A stretch of 64,000 nt of DNA from an uncultured delta proteobacterium (GTDB lineage Bacteria; Desulfobacterota; Syntrophia; Syntrophales; UBA5619): the NCBI GenBank assembly GCA_963817385.1, contig CAWFOM010000002.1, positions 32,001 to 96,000 of the forward strand. Reading direction: 5' to 3'. This document shows positions 29,733 through 39,444 of this stretch, one piece after another; the stretch's first letter is position 1, and each line of letters starts with the position of its first letter. Under the pieces are notes generated by a model. It searched no databases. It saw nothing but the letters and a program-made list of their open reading frames with translations, and was not told the DNA's origin. Both the position numbers and the translations under genes were made by a program.

Positions 29733-30686
29733 TTATCGTATAGCCATTGCAGTTGCAGGAAACACCGGGCGAATCGCTCGGGAATTTCTTACGATACTAT
29801 AGGCAATATCATAAAAATTACCCCTGGTAACGGTATCTTTTCCACCAATTAAGTACTCAGCCATGTTATTTATTGACGAGTTTAAGATATTTTCATATTG
29901 TACGACACCTAACTCTTCAAGATCAAGACTCAGGTAATTTTTCGCAACAGACTTAATGATATTAGATACATTTCTTTCTTTTGCGTCCCTCACCATGTTG
30001 GCAATAATCTTGATGTTCATATTATTAATACAATTCATAAGGTTTTCCTGATGTTCTGTACCGAATTGGCCTATTTTTTCATATAACCTGGCAATGGAAT
30101 CAATTTTCTCTCCCTCTACAGCCACACTCGCCCTGTTGATCAGTTCCAGTATGTCAGGCTCTTTCTTGAAAGTTTCGTTTAAACTGCGATAGAGGCTTGA
30201 TTTAATAAATCCATATGCATTTTGAAGTGACGTCATCTGAGGTGTAAGGACGACAATTTTATTTTGAGCGTAATTAAAAAAATCGATAGTTGTAAAAGAA
30301 GTGCCCGCACCAAGATCAAGAATGATTATGTCAGCATCGAGTCTCAGTATATTGCTGAAAAGCCGCGTTTTTTGCGTATATTTGGGGTTGGCAATCCCTA
30401 AAATATCATCGGCTCCACAGATGATCTTCATGTCTTCTATCGGAGTATCCATCACCACTTCATCAATGGTTTCCACCCTTCTGCTGATAAAATCCGCCAA
30501 CGTATAGGTTGGATAGCGTATACCAGATAAAATATGGAGGTTACTACCTCCGAGGTCTGCATCGACCAATATTACCTTCATGCCAAGCTTCGCTAATGAA
30601 GCTCCGAGCATAAGTGTGACGATGCTTTTGCCACACCCTCCCTTGCCTCCTCCCACGGCCCACAATTTGTTTCTGATTTCGTCCAT
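29733..30686 (-). CDS. MinD/FlhG-like P-loop ATPase
   Basis: Deviant Walker A GGKGGCGKS, VDADLGGSNLH, ILDLGAG. Confidence 0.88.
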   Translation of the reverse strand: MDEIRNKLWAVGGGKGGCGKSIVTLMLGASLAKLGMKVILVDADLGGSNLHILSGIRYPTYTLADFISRRVETIDEVVMDTPIEDMKIICGADDILGIANPKYTQKTRLFSNILRLDADIIILDLGAGTSFTTIDFFNYAQNKIVVLTPQMTSLQNAYGFIKSSLYRSLNETFKKEPDILELINRASVAVEGEKIDSIARLYEKIGQFGTEHQENLMNCINNMNIKIIANMVRDAKERNVSNIIKSVAKNYLSLDLEELGVVQYENILNSSINNMAEYLIGGKDTVTRGNFYDIAYSIVRNSRAIRPVFPATAMAIR

Positions 30687-30696
30687 ATTCCTCTTA

Positions 30697-31230
30697 TTAT
30701 TTAAAAAACTGCTCCCAGAGGTTCCACATCATATTTCGGTCTTTATTTTTCATGCCGATCAATTTGCCTATTGCATCCCAGCTTTCCATGTATTTAAATT
30801 CAATTCCCATTTTCAGGGACATAGTCCTAGGAGATGCTTTGGTTATCCACTTAACTTGAGCGAATATATCGACTTTCTCCCTCTCTAAAATACAAAATGA
30901 GATTTTTACTTTTGTATTTTTTATTTCATTCATGTTGCATCTGCCATACTTATCTTCAAATTCTAAGCAGGCTCCGCTCATCGAAACATCCCTTAAATAT
31001 CCGCTAAAAGCTATATATTCTGATTTGTTAGAGAAAAAGTTGACTTCGACTGGATAGGCAAATACCGAGCGCAGGTGTTGCCGTCGATCTTCATAATTAA
31101 TTTCAGGATAAGGTTCATTTTCCTGTTGGGCGACATCATTAATAACAGTACCGTCCTCAAGGGCACTATCGCGGTTGAGTTCGGAACTACCCTGATGAAT
31201 ATGATCATCCATGTGTTCACGTCCGTTCAT
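30697..31230 (-). CDS. PilZ-domain protein
   Basis: RQHLR (RxxxR) and DVSMSG (DxSxxG); start may be 31212. Confidence 0.85.
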   Translation of the reverse strand: MNGREHMDDHIHQGSSELNRDSALEDGTVINDVAQQENEPYPEINYEDRRQHLRSVFAYPVEVNFFSNKSEYIAFSGYLRDVSMSGACLEFEDKYGRCNMNEIKNTKVKISFCILEREKVDIFAQVKWITKASPRTMSLKMGIEFKYMESWDAIGKLIGMKNKDRNMMWNLWEQFFK

Positions 31231-31238
31231 ATTATTTA

Positions 31239-31265
31239 TTATCGGTTCGTTTCGTCAAAACTTTA
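31239..31265 (-). promoter_or_regulatory. sigma28 (FliA) promoter
   Basis: Minus strand TAAAGTTT-N11-ACCGATAA, one mismatch from the extended consensus. Confidence 0.8.
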
Positions 31266-31366
31266 GTAAAGTTATTATCTGAAAAGGACGGTCATCCATT
31301 CGGCGAAAGACAGATCCCGGCGACTCCTGGGGCACTTCCATAACAACATAGTGAATCGGGGTGCGC

Positions 31367-32101
31367 TCACCGCCTCTGGAACGACAGGGGAAGCTCCAGG
31401 CTGTTCTCCTCGAGGAGCGCCCGGTCCGAGAGGATCTCCGCGGCGGGACCGTCCGCGACCACGACGCCGTCTCCGATCACCAGGCAGCGTTGGCAGACGT
31501 CGAGGATCAGGTCCAGGTCATGGGAGGCGATGAGCTTGGAATGCTTGAAGGTTTTGAGGAGCGCAATCAAGAGACGCCTCGACCGGGGGTCGAGGTTCGC
31601 GGCGGGCTCGTCCATTGCGAGGATATCGGGCTCCATGGCCATGACCGCGGCGATAGCGACCGCGCTCTTCTGTCCGGCCGAGAGGTGGTGCGGCGGCTTG
31701 TCTTGAAGGGTGAGGCTGTTGACCATACAAAGGGCTTGATGGACACGCTCACGGACCGTCGTTTCATCCAGACCGAGGTTGAGGGGGCCGAAGGCGACAT
31801 CGTCAAAAACGGTCGGCATGAAAAGCTGGTCGTCGGGGTTCTGAAAGACGATCCCCACCTTCCTGCGGATCTCCTGCCGTGTCTTTGCGGAGAGCCGGCA
31901 ATCGCCGATCGTCACCGTTCCCGACGTCGGCATCAGATAGCCGTTCATGTGCTGGAGGAGCGTCGATTTCCCCGCCCCATTTGCGCCGACGACGCCGACG
32001 GATTCACCGTGGGTGATCCTGAAGTTAATCCCCCGGAGCGCCTCGGTTCCGTCCGGATAGCGAAAGGATACGTCCTTGAATTCCACGATGTGATGGCTCA
32101 T
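31367..32101 (-). CDS. nikO: Ni/Co ECF transporter ATPase (NikO/CbiO)
   Basis: GANGAGKST, FQNPDDQLF, LSAGQK, MDEPAANLD. Confidence 0.9.
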   Translation of the reverse strand: MSHHIVEFKDVSFRYPDGTEALRGINFRITHGESVGVVGANGAGKSTLLQHMNGYLMPTSGTVTIGDCRLSAKTRQEIRRKVGIVFQNPDDQLFMPTVFDDVAFGPLNLGLDETTVRERVHQALCMVNSLTLQDKPPHHLSAGQKSAVAIAAVMAMEPDILAMDEPAANLDPRSRRLLIALLKTFKHSKLIASHDLDLILDVCQRCLVIGDGVVVADGPAAEILSDRALLEENSLELPLSFQRR

Positions 32102-32907
32102 CCGATCAGCTCCTGCGCGAGGCGGCCGATCCCCTCGGTGATGCGGAAAAAACGGAACGCCCCGAGAAACGCGATCGTCATCGCCATGAACGCCAGATCG
32201 GCTGCCGCCAAATGGGACCGCTTGAGGCTTGGGATGTCCCCCTGAAACCCCCGGGAGAGCATGGCGTAGTAGATCCGTTCCGCACGATCCACCGTCCGGA
32301 GAAAGAGAATCCCGATAAGACGCACGAACACCTTCATGCCGGCGCCGCGCTTCCCGAACGACCGCATGTCCCGCGCGCGGATGATCCGCATCACCTCTTC
32401 CATGAGGACGAAGAGATACCGATACAGAAACAGGAGCTGCGACACAAAAAGGGCCGGGAACCTCAGCTGTCTGAGGGCATGGCAGACGCCGGGAAACGAC
32501 GTCGTCGCGATGAGCAGAAGCGTCGCGCTGACCGTGAGAACAAATTTCAAAAGGATCGAAAAAAATGAGAGGATTCCTGCCGATAGGGGGATACCCGCGA
32601 TCACTCCGATGATACGGGTGTCCAGAAACGGGTTGAAGATCCCAATCAAGAGCGCGAAAGGCGATACGAGCAGCACCTTCCTCAGAATGAATCCCGCAGG
32701 AACCTCGCCGACGGTCATCAGCAGCACCGGGAAGAGAAAGAAGGGGACCAGCGCCGCGACCTCATAATTGGGAAAGGAAATGACGGTGATAAGAAACAGC
32801 ATCGTGGCGATCACCTTTGCCCGCGGGTCGAGACGATGCACGCAGGTATCCCCGTAGGAGAGCCGATCCAGCCGGCCGATATCAAAATATTTCTCGTCAA
32901 AAGTCAT
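32098..32907 (-). CDS. nikQ: Ni/Co ECF transporter T component (NikQ/CbiQ)
   Basis: HRLDPRAK, YRYLFVL, RAERIYYAMLSRGF. Confidence 0.9.
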   Translation of the reverse strand: MTFDEKYFDIGRLDRLSYGDTCVHRLDPRAKVIATMLFLITVISFPNYEVAALVPFFLFPVLLMTVGEVPAGFILRKVLLVSPFALLIGIFNPFLDTRIIGVIAGIPLSAGILSFFSILLKFVLTVSATLLLIATTSFPGVCHALRQLRFPALFVSQLLFLYRYLFVLMEEVMRIIRARDMRSFGKRGAGMKVFVRLIGILFLRTVDRAERIYYAMLSRGFQGDIPSLKRSHLAAADLAFMAMTIAFLGAFRFFRITEGIGRLAQELIG

Positions 32908-33003
32908 CGAATCATTCCGGTATCCGGGGTACAGCATCTTGCCGCACCCCAACCGCCGGCGTGAAGGTATCCGAATCCTCCCGCCGGAGCGCTGATACCC
33001 TGG

Positions 33004-34045
33004 TTATATTTGTTTTCCACGGAAGGTCCGGATCCCCACGCCGATGAGGACGATCATCCCCAGGACAATGGCCGCGCCGATAAGGCCGGCTGCGGAGGTT
33101 CCCGCGTCGATCCCCGGCCAGGCTGGGGGTGTTTCTTCCTTTTTTGGTTCGGTTCCCGCCGGTCTGAAATTGTAACCGGGAAGGAATGCCGTCTTGTCCT
33201 GAATCCCCTTGAGGAGAACGGCAATCCCGTGCTCCGCCTCGGGCAGTTCCCCCTTGCCGGTGACCTTTTCAATTGACCACTCTAGGCCATCCGGATGGGT
33301 CGAGGCGAACCAGGAGAGCGCCCCGCCGGTGATGACGGCCAGAACCATGAACGTAATCATGAGATTCTTCAGCGAAACGCCTCGGCCAATGGGTTGTGAT
33401 GCAGCGATGCTCTCGAGGATCTCGGGCCTGTTGCTCCTCACATAATTGATGACGCCCGCCGTGACAAACCCCTCGATACAACCGATGGCCAGATGGATAG
33501 GCTGCATCAGAAGGACAAAAGCGCCGAAGGGCAATTCGCTTTTGCCGGACAGGAGCGTCTCCAAGACGACTGAAAAGGCGCCGAGCTGCAGGGTCGCAAC
33601 AACGCTCACGATGGAGGCACCGAGGATGCGTCCTGGAGTTTTACTCCGCTTGGTCAACGGCTTATAGATGAAGGGGTAGACGAGATAGCAGGGATAGATG
33701 CCGAGGTTCCAGATGTTGCAACCGAGCGCCAGCAGTCCGCCGTCGGCAAAGAAGAGCGCCTGGACCGTCAGGACCGAGGCCATGACGAGAAAGGCCGCAT
33801 GGGGGCCCAGGAGGACGGCGAGGATCATCCCGCCGCCCAGATGTCCGCTCGACCCCGTCCCCGGGATCGCAAAATTGATCATCTGCGCCGCAAAGATGAA
33901 GGCGCCCAAGACCCCCATCAGGGGGATCAGTCCGGTCGTCGATCTGTCGCTTGAGCCTCTTCGAGGCATAGCCGGTTACCGCCGCCGTTCCGGCCCACAT
34001 TGTCGCCCCCACGGCGGGGGAAAGCAAGGCATCCGCCATGTGCAT
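33004..34045 (-). CDS. nikM: Ni/Co ECF substrate component NikM/CbiM fused to a PDGLE domain, one frameshift near 33931
   Basis: MHMADALLS N-terminus, AFIFAAQMINF, GSSGHLGG, ASTHPDGLEWS. Confidence 0.9.
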
Positions 34046-34056
34046 GGTTCTTCCTC

Positions 34057-34083
34057 ATGTTATGAATAGACGATTCGTAACAC
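34057..34083 (-). promoter_or_regulatory. NikR-type operator upstream of nikM
   Basis: Minus strand GTGTTAC-N13-ATAACAT dyad. Confidence 0.65.
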
Positions 34084-34106
34084 GCTGGGATAAAAAAATA
34101 ATACCG

Positions 34107-34523
34107 CTACTCGATCTCCCGCCCCGTGCTCGACATGCTCAGGGTCGTATGACGCACCCCCTTGATGGACCGAAGCGCGTCGGCCAGTTTCTGGACCTCC
34201 GCCGCCTTCCCCCGGGCGGCGACGATCTCCAGGCAGTTGTGGTGATCGAGGTGGATGTGCTGGGTGGAGATGATGGCCGACTGAAAATCGTGCTGCGTGT
34301 CCATCACCCGGATCAACACATCCCGCTTGTGATGGTCGTAGATAAGGGTAATCGTCCCGGCCACATCACGCCCCTCCTGCCACTCCTTCTGGACAAGCTC
34401 CCGGCGGATCAGGTCCCTGAGGGCCTCCGAGCGGTTGGTGTACTGCCGCTCCCGGATCAGGAGATCGAACCTGTCCAGAAGCGATTTTTCCAGCGAAACC
34501 CCGAAACGAACCAGTTCGGACAT
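34107..34523 (-). CDS. nikR: nickel-responsive regulator NikR
   Basis: LVRFGVS, YTNRSEALRDLIR, YDHH, HIHLDHHNCLE. Confidence 0.96.
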   Translation of the reverse strand: MSELVRFGVSLEKSLLDRFDLLIRERQYTNRSEALRDLIRRELVQKEWQEGRDVAGTITLIYDHHKRDVLIRVMDTQHDFQSAIISTQHIHLDHHNCLEIVAARGKAAEVQKLADALRSIKGVRHTTLSMSSTGREIE

Positions 34524-34535
34524 CTTTAGACCGCC

Positions 34536-34562
34536 GTATTACGTTTTGCGGTTTTGTAGCAC
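34536..34562 (-). promoter_or_regulatory. NikR-type operator upstream of nikR
   Basis: Minus strand GTGCTAC-N13-GTAATAC dyad. Confidence 0.7.
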
Positions 34563-34600
34563 ATCGGCAAAATCTGTCAAGGAGTTTTTTCGACGTCGCG

Positions 34601-35794
34601 TTAATTCCGCTTCATGAGGTGCTGCACCGCCTTCTCCAGGCCGTCGAGGGTGAGCTCGAACATCGGGAAGATCTTCCCGATGGCGTCGATGGTCCAGGTG
34701 TAGCCCCAGCTCGATTCCGCCTGGGGGTTCAGCCAGACGGCATGCCGGAAGGTCCGGGCGAGGAATTTCAGGCGATCCTCGCTGCTGCGGCTTTCCTGCT
34801 GGCCGACGTAGATGGCGCCGTTCGTCCCCATCAGCTCGTAGGGGGCCATCGCCGCATCCCCCACGATGATGAGCCGGGTGTCCGGGTCCCGGCGCGCGAA
34901 CTCCTCGATCGCCTCGGGCTTCAGGTGGCGCTGGGGATCCGACCAGACGCGGCCGTAGAGGGTATTGTGAAAATAGTAGATCCGGAGGTCCTTGAACTGC
35001 GAGCGGGCGTAGTTGAAGAGCGTCTGGACGATCTCGATGTAGGGGTCCATCGACCAGCCGCCGTTGTCGATCATGAGCACGACCTTGAGGCGGTCCGCGA
35101 GTCTCCGGTCGAAGACGATCGAGATCTCCCCGCCGCTCCGCATCGTTTCGGTGATCGTTTTGTCGACGTTGACGACGTCCCGCGGGCCGTGGGGGATCAT
35201 CCGCCGGAGCCTCTTGAGCGCCTCCCCCATCTGGAGCTCCGTCAGTGGACCCTCCTGGCTGTAGTCCTTATAGCGCCGCTCCATCGCCACCTTCACCGCG
35301 GACTTGTTCCGGGAGGCGCCGCCCACGCGCATCCCGCCGGGATGGTGCCCCGAATGGCCGACGGGGGAGGTCCCCCCCGTCCCGATCCAGCGGTTCCCGC
35401 CGTGATGCGCCTCCGTCTGATCCTTGAGCCTCTCGAGGAAGTACCGGATCAGCTCCTCCGGCGTGTATTTCGCGAGTTCCTTTTCGTCGAGCCCGAGCGC
35501 CTCCGCCAGCTCCTGCGGATGCTTCAGCCACTCATCGAGAAGCGCCCTGGCGATGTCGGAGAGCTCGACATCCTCCATGGCCTCGATCGCCGCCCCCTTG
35601 AAATAGTGGGCAAAGACCTGGTCGTAGGTGTCGAAGTAGCGCTCACTTTTCACGAGGATGGAACGGGCCGCCGTGTAGAAGTCGTCGACGGAGGCGATGA
35701 CGCCCAGGGCGAGGGCCTTCTGCAGGCGGAGGAACGACGTGGGGGTGACGGGAACCCCCCGCTCCCGGAGCATATAGAAGAACTGGACAAACAC
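34601..35794 (-). CDS. VWA-domain protein (CoxE-like), MoxR partner
   Basis: HHGGNRWIGTGGTSP, LMIDNGGWSM, YYFHN, IIVGDAAMAPYEL, WLNP. Confidence 0.85.
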   Translation of the reverse strand: MFVQFFYMLRERGVPVTPTSFLRLQKALALGVIASVDDFYTAARSILVKSERYFDTYDQVFAHYFKGAAIEAMEDVELSDIARALLDEWLKHPQELAEALGLDEKELAKYTPEELIRYFLERLKDQTEAHHGGNRWIGTGGTSPVGHSGHHPGGMRVGGASRNKSAVKVAMERRYKDYSQEGPLTELQMGEALKRLRRMIPHGPRDVVNVDKTITETMRSGGEISIVFDRRLADRLKVVLMIDNGGWSMDPYIEIVQTLFNYARSQFKDLRIYYFHNTLYGRVWSDPQRHLKPEAIEEFARRDPDTRLIIVGDAAMAPYELMGTNGAIYVGQQESRSSEDRLKFLARTFRHAVWLNPQAESSWGYTWTIDAIGKIFPMFELTLDGLEKAVQHLMKRN

Positions 35795-35849
35795 CGCTGG
35801 ATGCCCTCCTGAAAAGTCGGCAAAGTTTCCGATTGGACCGGCCCGCCCG

Positions 35850-36701
35850 CTACTTGCGGGTGCGTCCCGCCTGCTGGAGCGCGAGGCTGATGTCGAGGCT
35901 CTTCTTGAAGAGGACCCCGAGATAGGGGAGCTCGCCGTTCTCGAGCGACTTCACGTCGAAATCGGGATCGCATCGAAGGGCGCGCACCCAGTTGATCAGC
36001 TCCCGGGTGGCCGGCTTCTTCTCGATCCCTCGAAACTCGCGGAGGCGGTAGAAGGCGGCAAGGGAAGCCCGGGCCAGCGCCTCCGGGAGATCCGGGAAAT
36101 GGACGTTCAGGATCATCCGCATCATCTCCGGATCGGGGAAGGCGATATGGTGGAAGTTGCAGCGGCCGAGGAAGGGGTCGGAGAGGTCCTTCTTCGCGTT
36201 GGAGGTGATGATGATCACGGGGCGAATCTTTGCCGTGACGGTCTTGTCGATCTCGATGATGTCGAACTGCATCTGGTCGAGGACGTCGAGCATGTCGTCC
36301 TGGAAGTCCGTGTCGGCCTTGTCGATCTCGTCGATCAACAGCACCGTCCGGCAGTCGGCAACGAAGGCCTGGCCGATCTTCCCCATCCGGATGTACTCCT
36401 CGATGTTGCTCACGTCCCGCTTGGAATCCCCGAAGCGGCTGTCGTTCAAGCGGGTGAGGGTGTCGTACTGGTAGAGGGCGTCCAGGAGCTTCATGCTGGA
36501 TTTGACGTTCAGCACGATGAGCGGCATCGAGAGGCTCTCGGCGATCGCATAGGCGAGCATCGTCTTCCCCGTGCCCGGTTCCCCCTTGAGGAGAAGCGGC
36601 ATCTCGAGCGCCATGGAGACATTGACGATCTTGGCCAGCTCGTCGTCGAGGACGTATTGAGCGGCACCGCGGAATTGACAGGGTTCATCCACCATTTTCA
36701 T
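35850..36701 (-). CDS. MoxR-family AAA+ ATPase (CoxD-like)
   Basis: LLKGEPGTGKT, LLIDEIDKAD, IITSN, KKPATRELINW. Confidence 0.92.
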   Translation of the reverse strand: MKMVDEPCQFRGAAQYVLDDELAKIVNVSMALEMPLLLKGEPGTGKTMLAYAIAESLSMPLIVLNVKSSMKLLDALYQYDTLTRLNDSRFGDSKRDVSNIEEYIRMGKIGQAFVADCRTVLLIDEIDKADTDFQDDMLDVLDQMQFDIIEIDKTVTAKIRPVIIITSNAKKDLSDPFLGRCNFHHIAFPDPEMMRMILNVHFPDLPEALARASLAAFYRLREFRGIEKKPATRELINWVRALRCDPDFDVKSLENGELPYLGVLFKKSLDISLALQQAGRTRK

Positions 36702-36863
36702 TCACACCTCCCATACCTGCCTTATTTCTTACCGAATCCCGCGGAACATTTCCACTGCTTTTTGTGCACGGTCCCCGGCACTCCCGAGGAATCCTATCCG
36801 CCCCTTTTTCACCCTATATCCCCTCAAAGAGTTTTGTGGTATGTAATTTCCGGGAATCGAATG

Positions 36864-36969
36864 CGGGGCTTCGGGAGGGACGCATTGGAGATTTTTCGGA
36901 CACCATGCCGCCCTGAGCGGAGCGAAGGGCGCACGGTCGAAAAATGTCCAGCGCCCCGGCGAAGGCCCG
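36864..36969. repeat. long imperfect palindrome with REP-like core
   Basis: TGGAGATTTTTCG / CGAAAAATGTCCA arms around CCCTGAGCGGAGCGAAGGG. Confidence 0.55.
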
Positions 36970-37000
36970 GATGAAGATTCCAAGCAAGAAAGAGGCTCCC

Positions 37001-38035
37001 GTGATCCATCAGCCCGAAGACCGCGAAATCTGCGAGGCGCTCCTCCGTTCGGCATGGGAACGGCAAGACCGCGCAAAGCCCCTTCCCGATCTCGTCATCG
37101 AGACGGCAAGCCGGTTCCTCGGCGCCCCCTACGAACCGGACACGCTGGAGGGGGAGGGCCCGGAGGAACTCGTCGTCAACCTGCGCGCCTTCGACTGCGT
37201 GACGTTCGTGGAAAACGCCATCGTCCTGGCCGGCCTGATCAGGGCAGGCAAGATCGACTTCGCCGACTATCTCGCGGCCCTGGAGAGGATCCGTTACCGC
37301 CGCGGCCGCTGCGACGGCTACCCATCCCGCCTCCATTACTTCACCGACTGGCTTTACGACAACGGGCGCAAGGGCCTCATCCGGGACATCACCCGCGAAA
37401 TCGGCGGCGTCCCCTTCCGGAAGGCGATCCACTCCCTCACCGACCGCCGCGAGGACCACCCCGGACTCAAAGATCCCGAGGCCTTCCGCCGGCTGCGGTT
37501 GATCGAGGGGATCTGCTCACGGCGCACCCACTCTTACATCCCGAAGGCCGATTTCGCCGGGAGAGAAAAACGGATTGCCGGCGGCGACATCATCGCGATT
37601 ACGACGGATGAAACGGGGATCGACGTGGCCCATGCGGGGCTCGCCGTCCGCCTTGGGAACGAGATCCGCCTGCTGCATGCATCGAGCGCGGAGGGGCAGG
37701 TCGTTCTCGCGGAAGTCCCCCTCAGGAGTTATCTCACGGCACGACGCTCCCGGACGGGGATCATCGTCGGCCGGGCAATTTTGCCGGATGCTACCGAACG
37801 CCACTGGGCCCTCCAGCCTCCCCGCCAAGATAGTAGGAGCGAAAAACGAAAGGAATCCGGCCTCGCCTCCGGACGGACACGGGGGCCGGGACCGCCGCTT
37901 CTCACATCTCACCCAAATGGCCCCTTCCGGTCGTTACTCAATCAAAGGGCTGCAAGGAGGGCCTCGATGGCCGCATCGTCGTATGCCACCTCCCGGAAGA
38001 TCCCCCGGATGAGTTCCGTATCCAGGGCGCGGTAG
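37001..38035 (+). CDS. DUF1460 NlpC/P60-type MurNAc-L-Ala amidase-like protein
   Basis: FLGAPY, LVVNLRAFDCVTFVE, RLHYFTDW, DVAHAG, LLHASS. No signal peptide seen; the 3' extension beyond ~37800 is doubtful. Confidence 0.85.
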   Translation: MIHQPEDREICEALLRSAWERQDRAKPLPDLVIETASRFLGAPYEPDTLEGEGPEELVVNLRAFDCVTFVENAIVLAGLIRAGKIDFADYLAALERIRYRRGRCDGYPSRLHYFTDWLYDNGRKGLIRDITREIGGVPFRKAIHSLTDRREDHPGLKDPEAFRRLRLIEGICSRRTHSYIPKADFAGREKRIAGGDIIAITTDETGIDVAHAGLAVRLGNEIRLLHASSAEGQVVLAEVPLRSYLTARRSRTGIIVGRAILPDATERHWALQPPRQDSRSEKRKESGLASGRTRGPGPPLLTSHPNGPFRSLLNQRAARRASMAASSYATSRKIPRMSSVSRAR

Positions 38036-39444
38036 TCCTCCTCCCGGGGGGTGACGATGAGCCCGCCCATATCCACCGCCCCGGGACTGACGAGGATTTT
38101 CTCCTCCCCTTCACGGAAATACGCGTCGGGGCGGTGCTTCCGCCGGGGAATGATCATCAGGCGCCAGCATCTCGCCGGTATGGGTGCACAACACGTTCAT
38201 CAGTCGGCTCGTCGCCGGAGGGCGCCGAACGGCCGAGCGCCGCGATCACCTCGCCGAGCGCAACGGCGACACCTTCGGCACCCTCCCCTTCGATCACGAT
38301 GATGCCCCGGCCCAGTCCGAGCAGTCCGCCAGAGAACAGCCCCGTCGCGCTCTCCGACCCTCGCCCGGTTCCCGGGGGCCAGGATCTCCTTTTCCACCGG
38401 CAGGAAACCGACGGGCGCCGCCTGGAAATGGAGGTGATCGGGCGCCGATGCGCCCGAGCGCGGGCCATTATAGAAAACGGTCATGCCGGGGCCGAAATCC
38501 GCCGCGAGCCGGAGGAATGTCTCCCGATTCTCCGAAAGCGATTGGGGAAGTGGCGGCAGGTGGGCAATGGTCAAGTGCCCCGGAACAATCGGGGCGGGAT
38601 TGCACAGGATGAGATATGCGTCCCGGTAGAGGATCGCCCGCTGCTCCGGGGGGAGATGTTCGGGGCAGAGGAAACAGGGGCGCCGCCGGACGAATTCGGG
38701 ATCGACCCGGGCGCCGCTGCTGGCGATCCGCCGCGGATTGAACTGAACCTTGACCCGCCAGCTTCCGCCGTTGATCTCATGCGTCCGGACAGCCTCCAGG
38801 GAGGCATAGCCCTCGGCCAGGCCCGGCCACGCCCTCTTCTGCCCGTCGAGGAGCCCGGCCGCCATCCCGGCGAGAGGGCGCGGATCGCCGTCTCCCGGAT
38901 AAACAGCGGAGATCCTCCGCTGCACGGCTTCGTCCCGAAGGGGGTTCGCGATCTCCTTGACGCCGATCAGATGAGGGACGGTAGTCCGCCCCATCCGAAA
39001 CGGCTCCTCCCGGACGAAGCGAAATCCCCGTCTTTCGTAGAAGCCGCGGGCCGCCTCGTTTTGAACCATCACCCCGACCCAGAGCTCCATCAGGCCGCAG
39101 GCCAGGACCTTCTCCTGGGCCGCCCGCAGAAGATTCCCGCCGATCCCCTTTCCCTGAAAGGAGGGCAGGAGGTAGAGGGAGGCGAGGTAGAGGCGGTTTT
39201 CATTTTTGTGAAACTGCGTCCTCGCGAAACCCGCCGCCTCACCGTCCGCCTCGCCGATGAAACCGTCGATATGCGGACTGTCGTAGAGGCGCTCAAGGGA
39301 GTCGATCCGGTAGGTCGCCTCGAAGTACGTCCGCAGGTCCTCCCCGGGGATGAAGGAGCGGTAAGCGCCCATCCAGGATTCCCAGAGGATCCGCCGCACC
39401 GTCGGGAAATCCTCTTTCCGCCATGGCCGGATCAGGATCTCCAT
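37942..39444 (-). CDS. GNAT acetyltransferase fused to DUF4922 (HIT/GalT-like), frameshifts near 38160-38330
   Basis: GNAT (YLLPSFQGKGIG, FYERRGF), then VQFNPRRIASSGA, RPCFLC, NPAPI, FYNGPRSGASAPDHLHFQA; tail IIPRRKHRP...VSPGAVDMGG. Confidence 0.85.
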
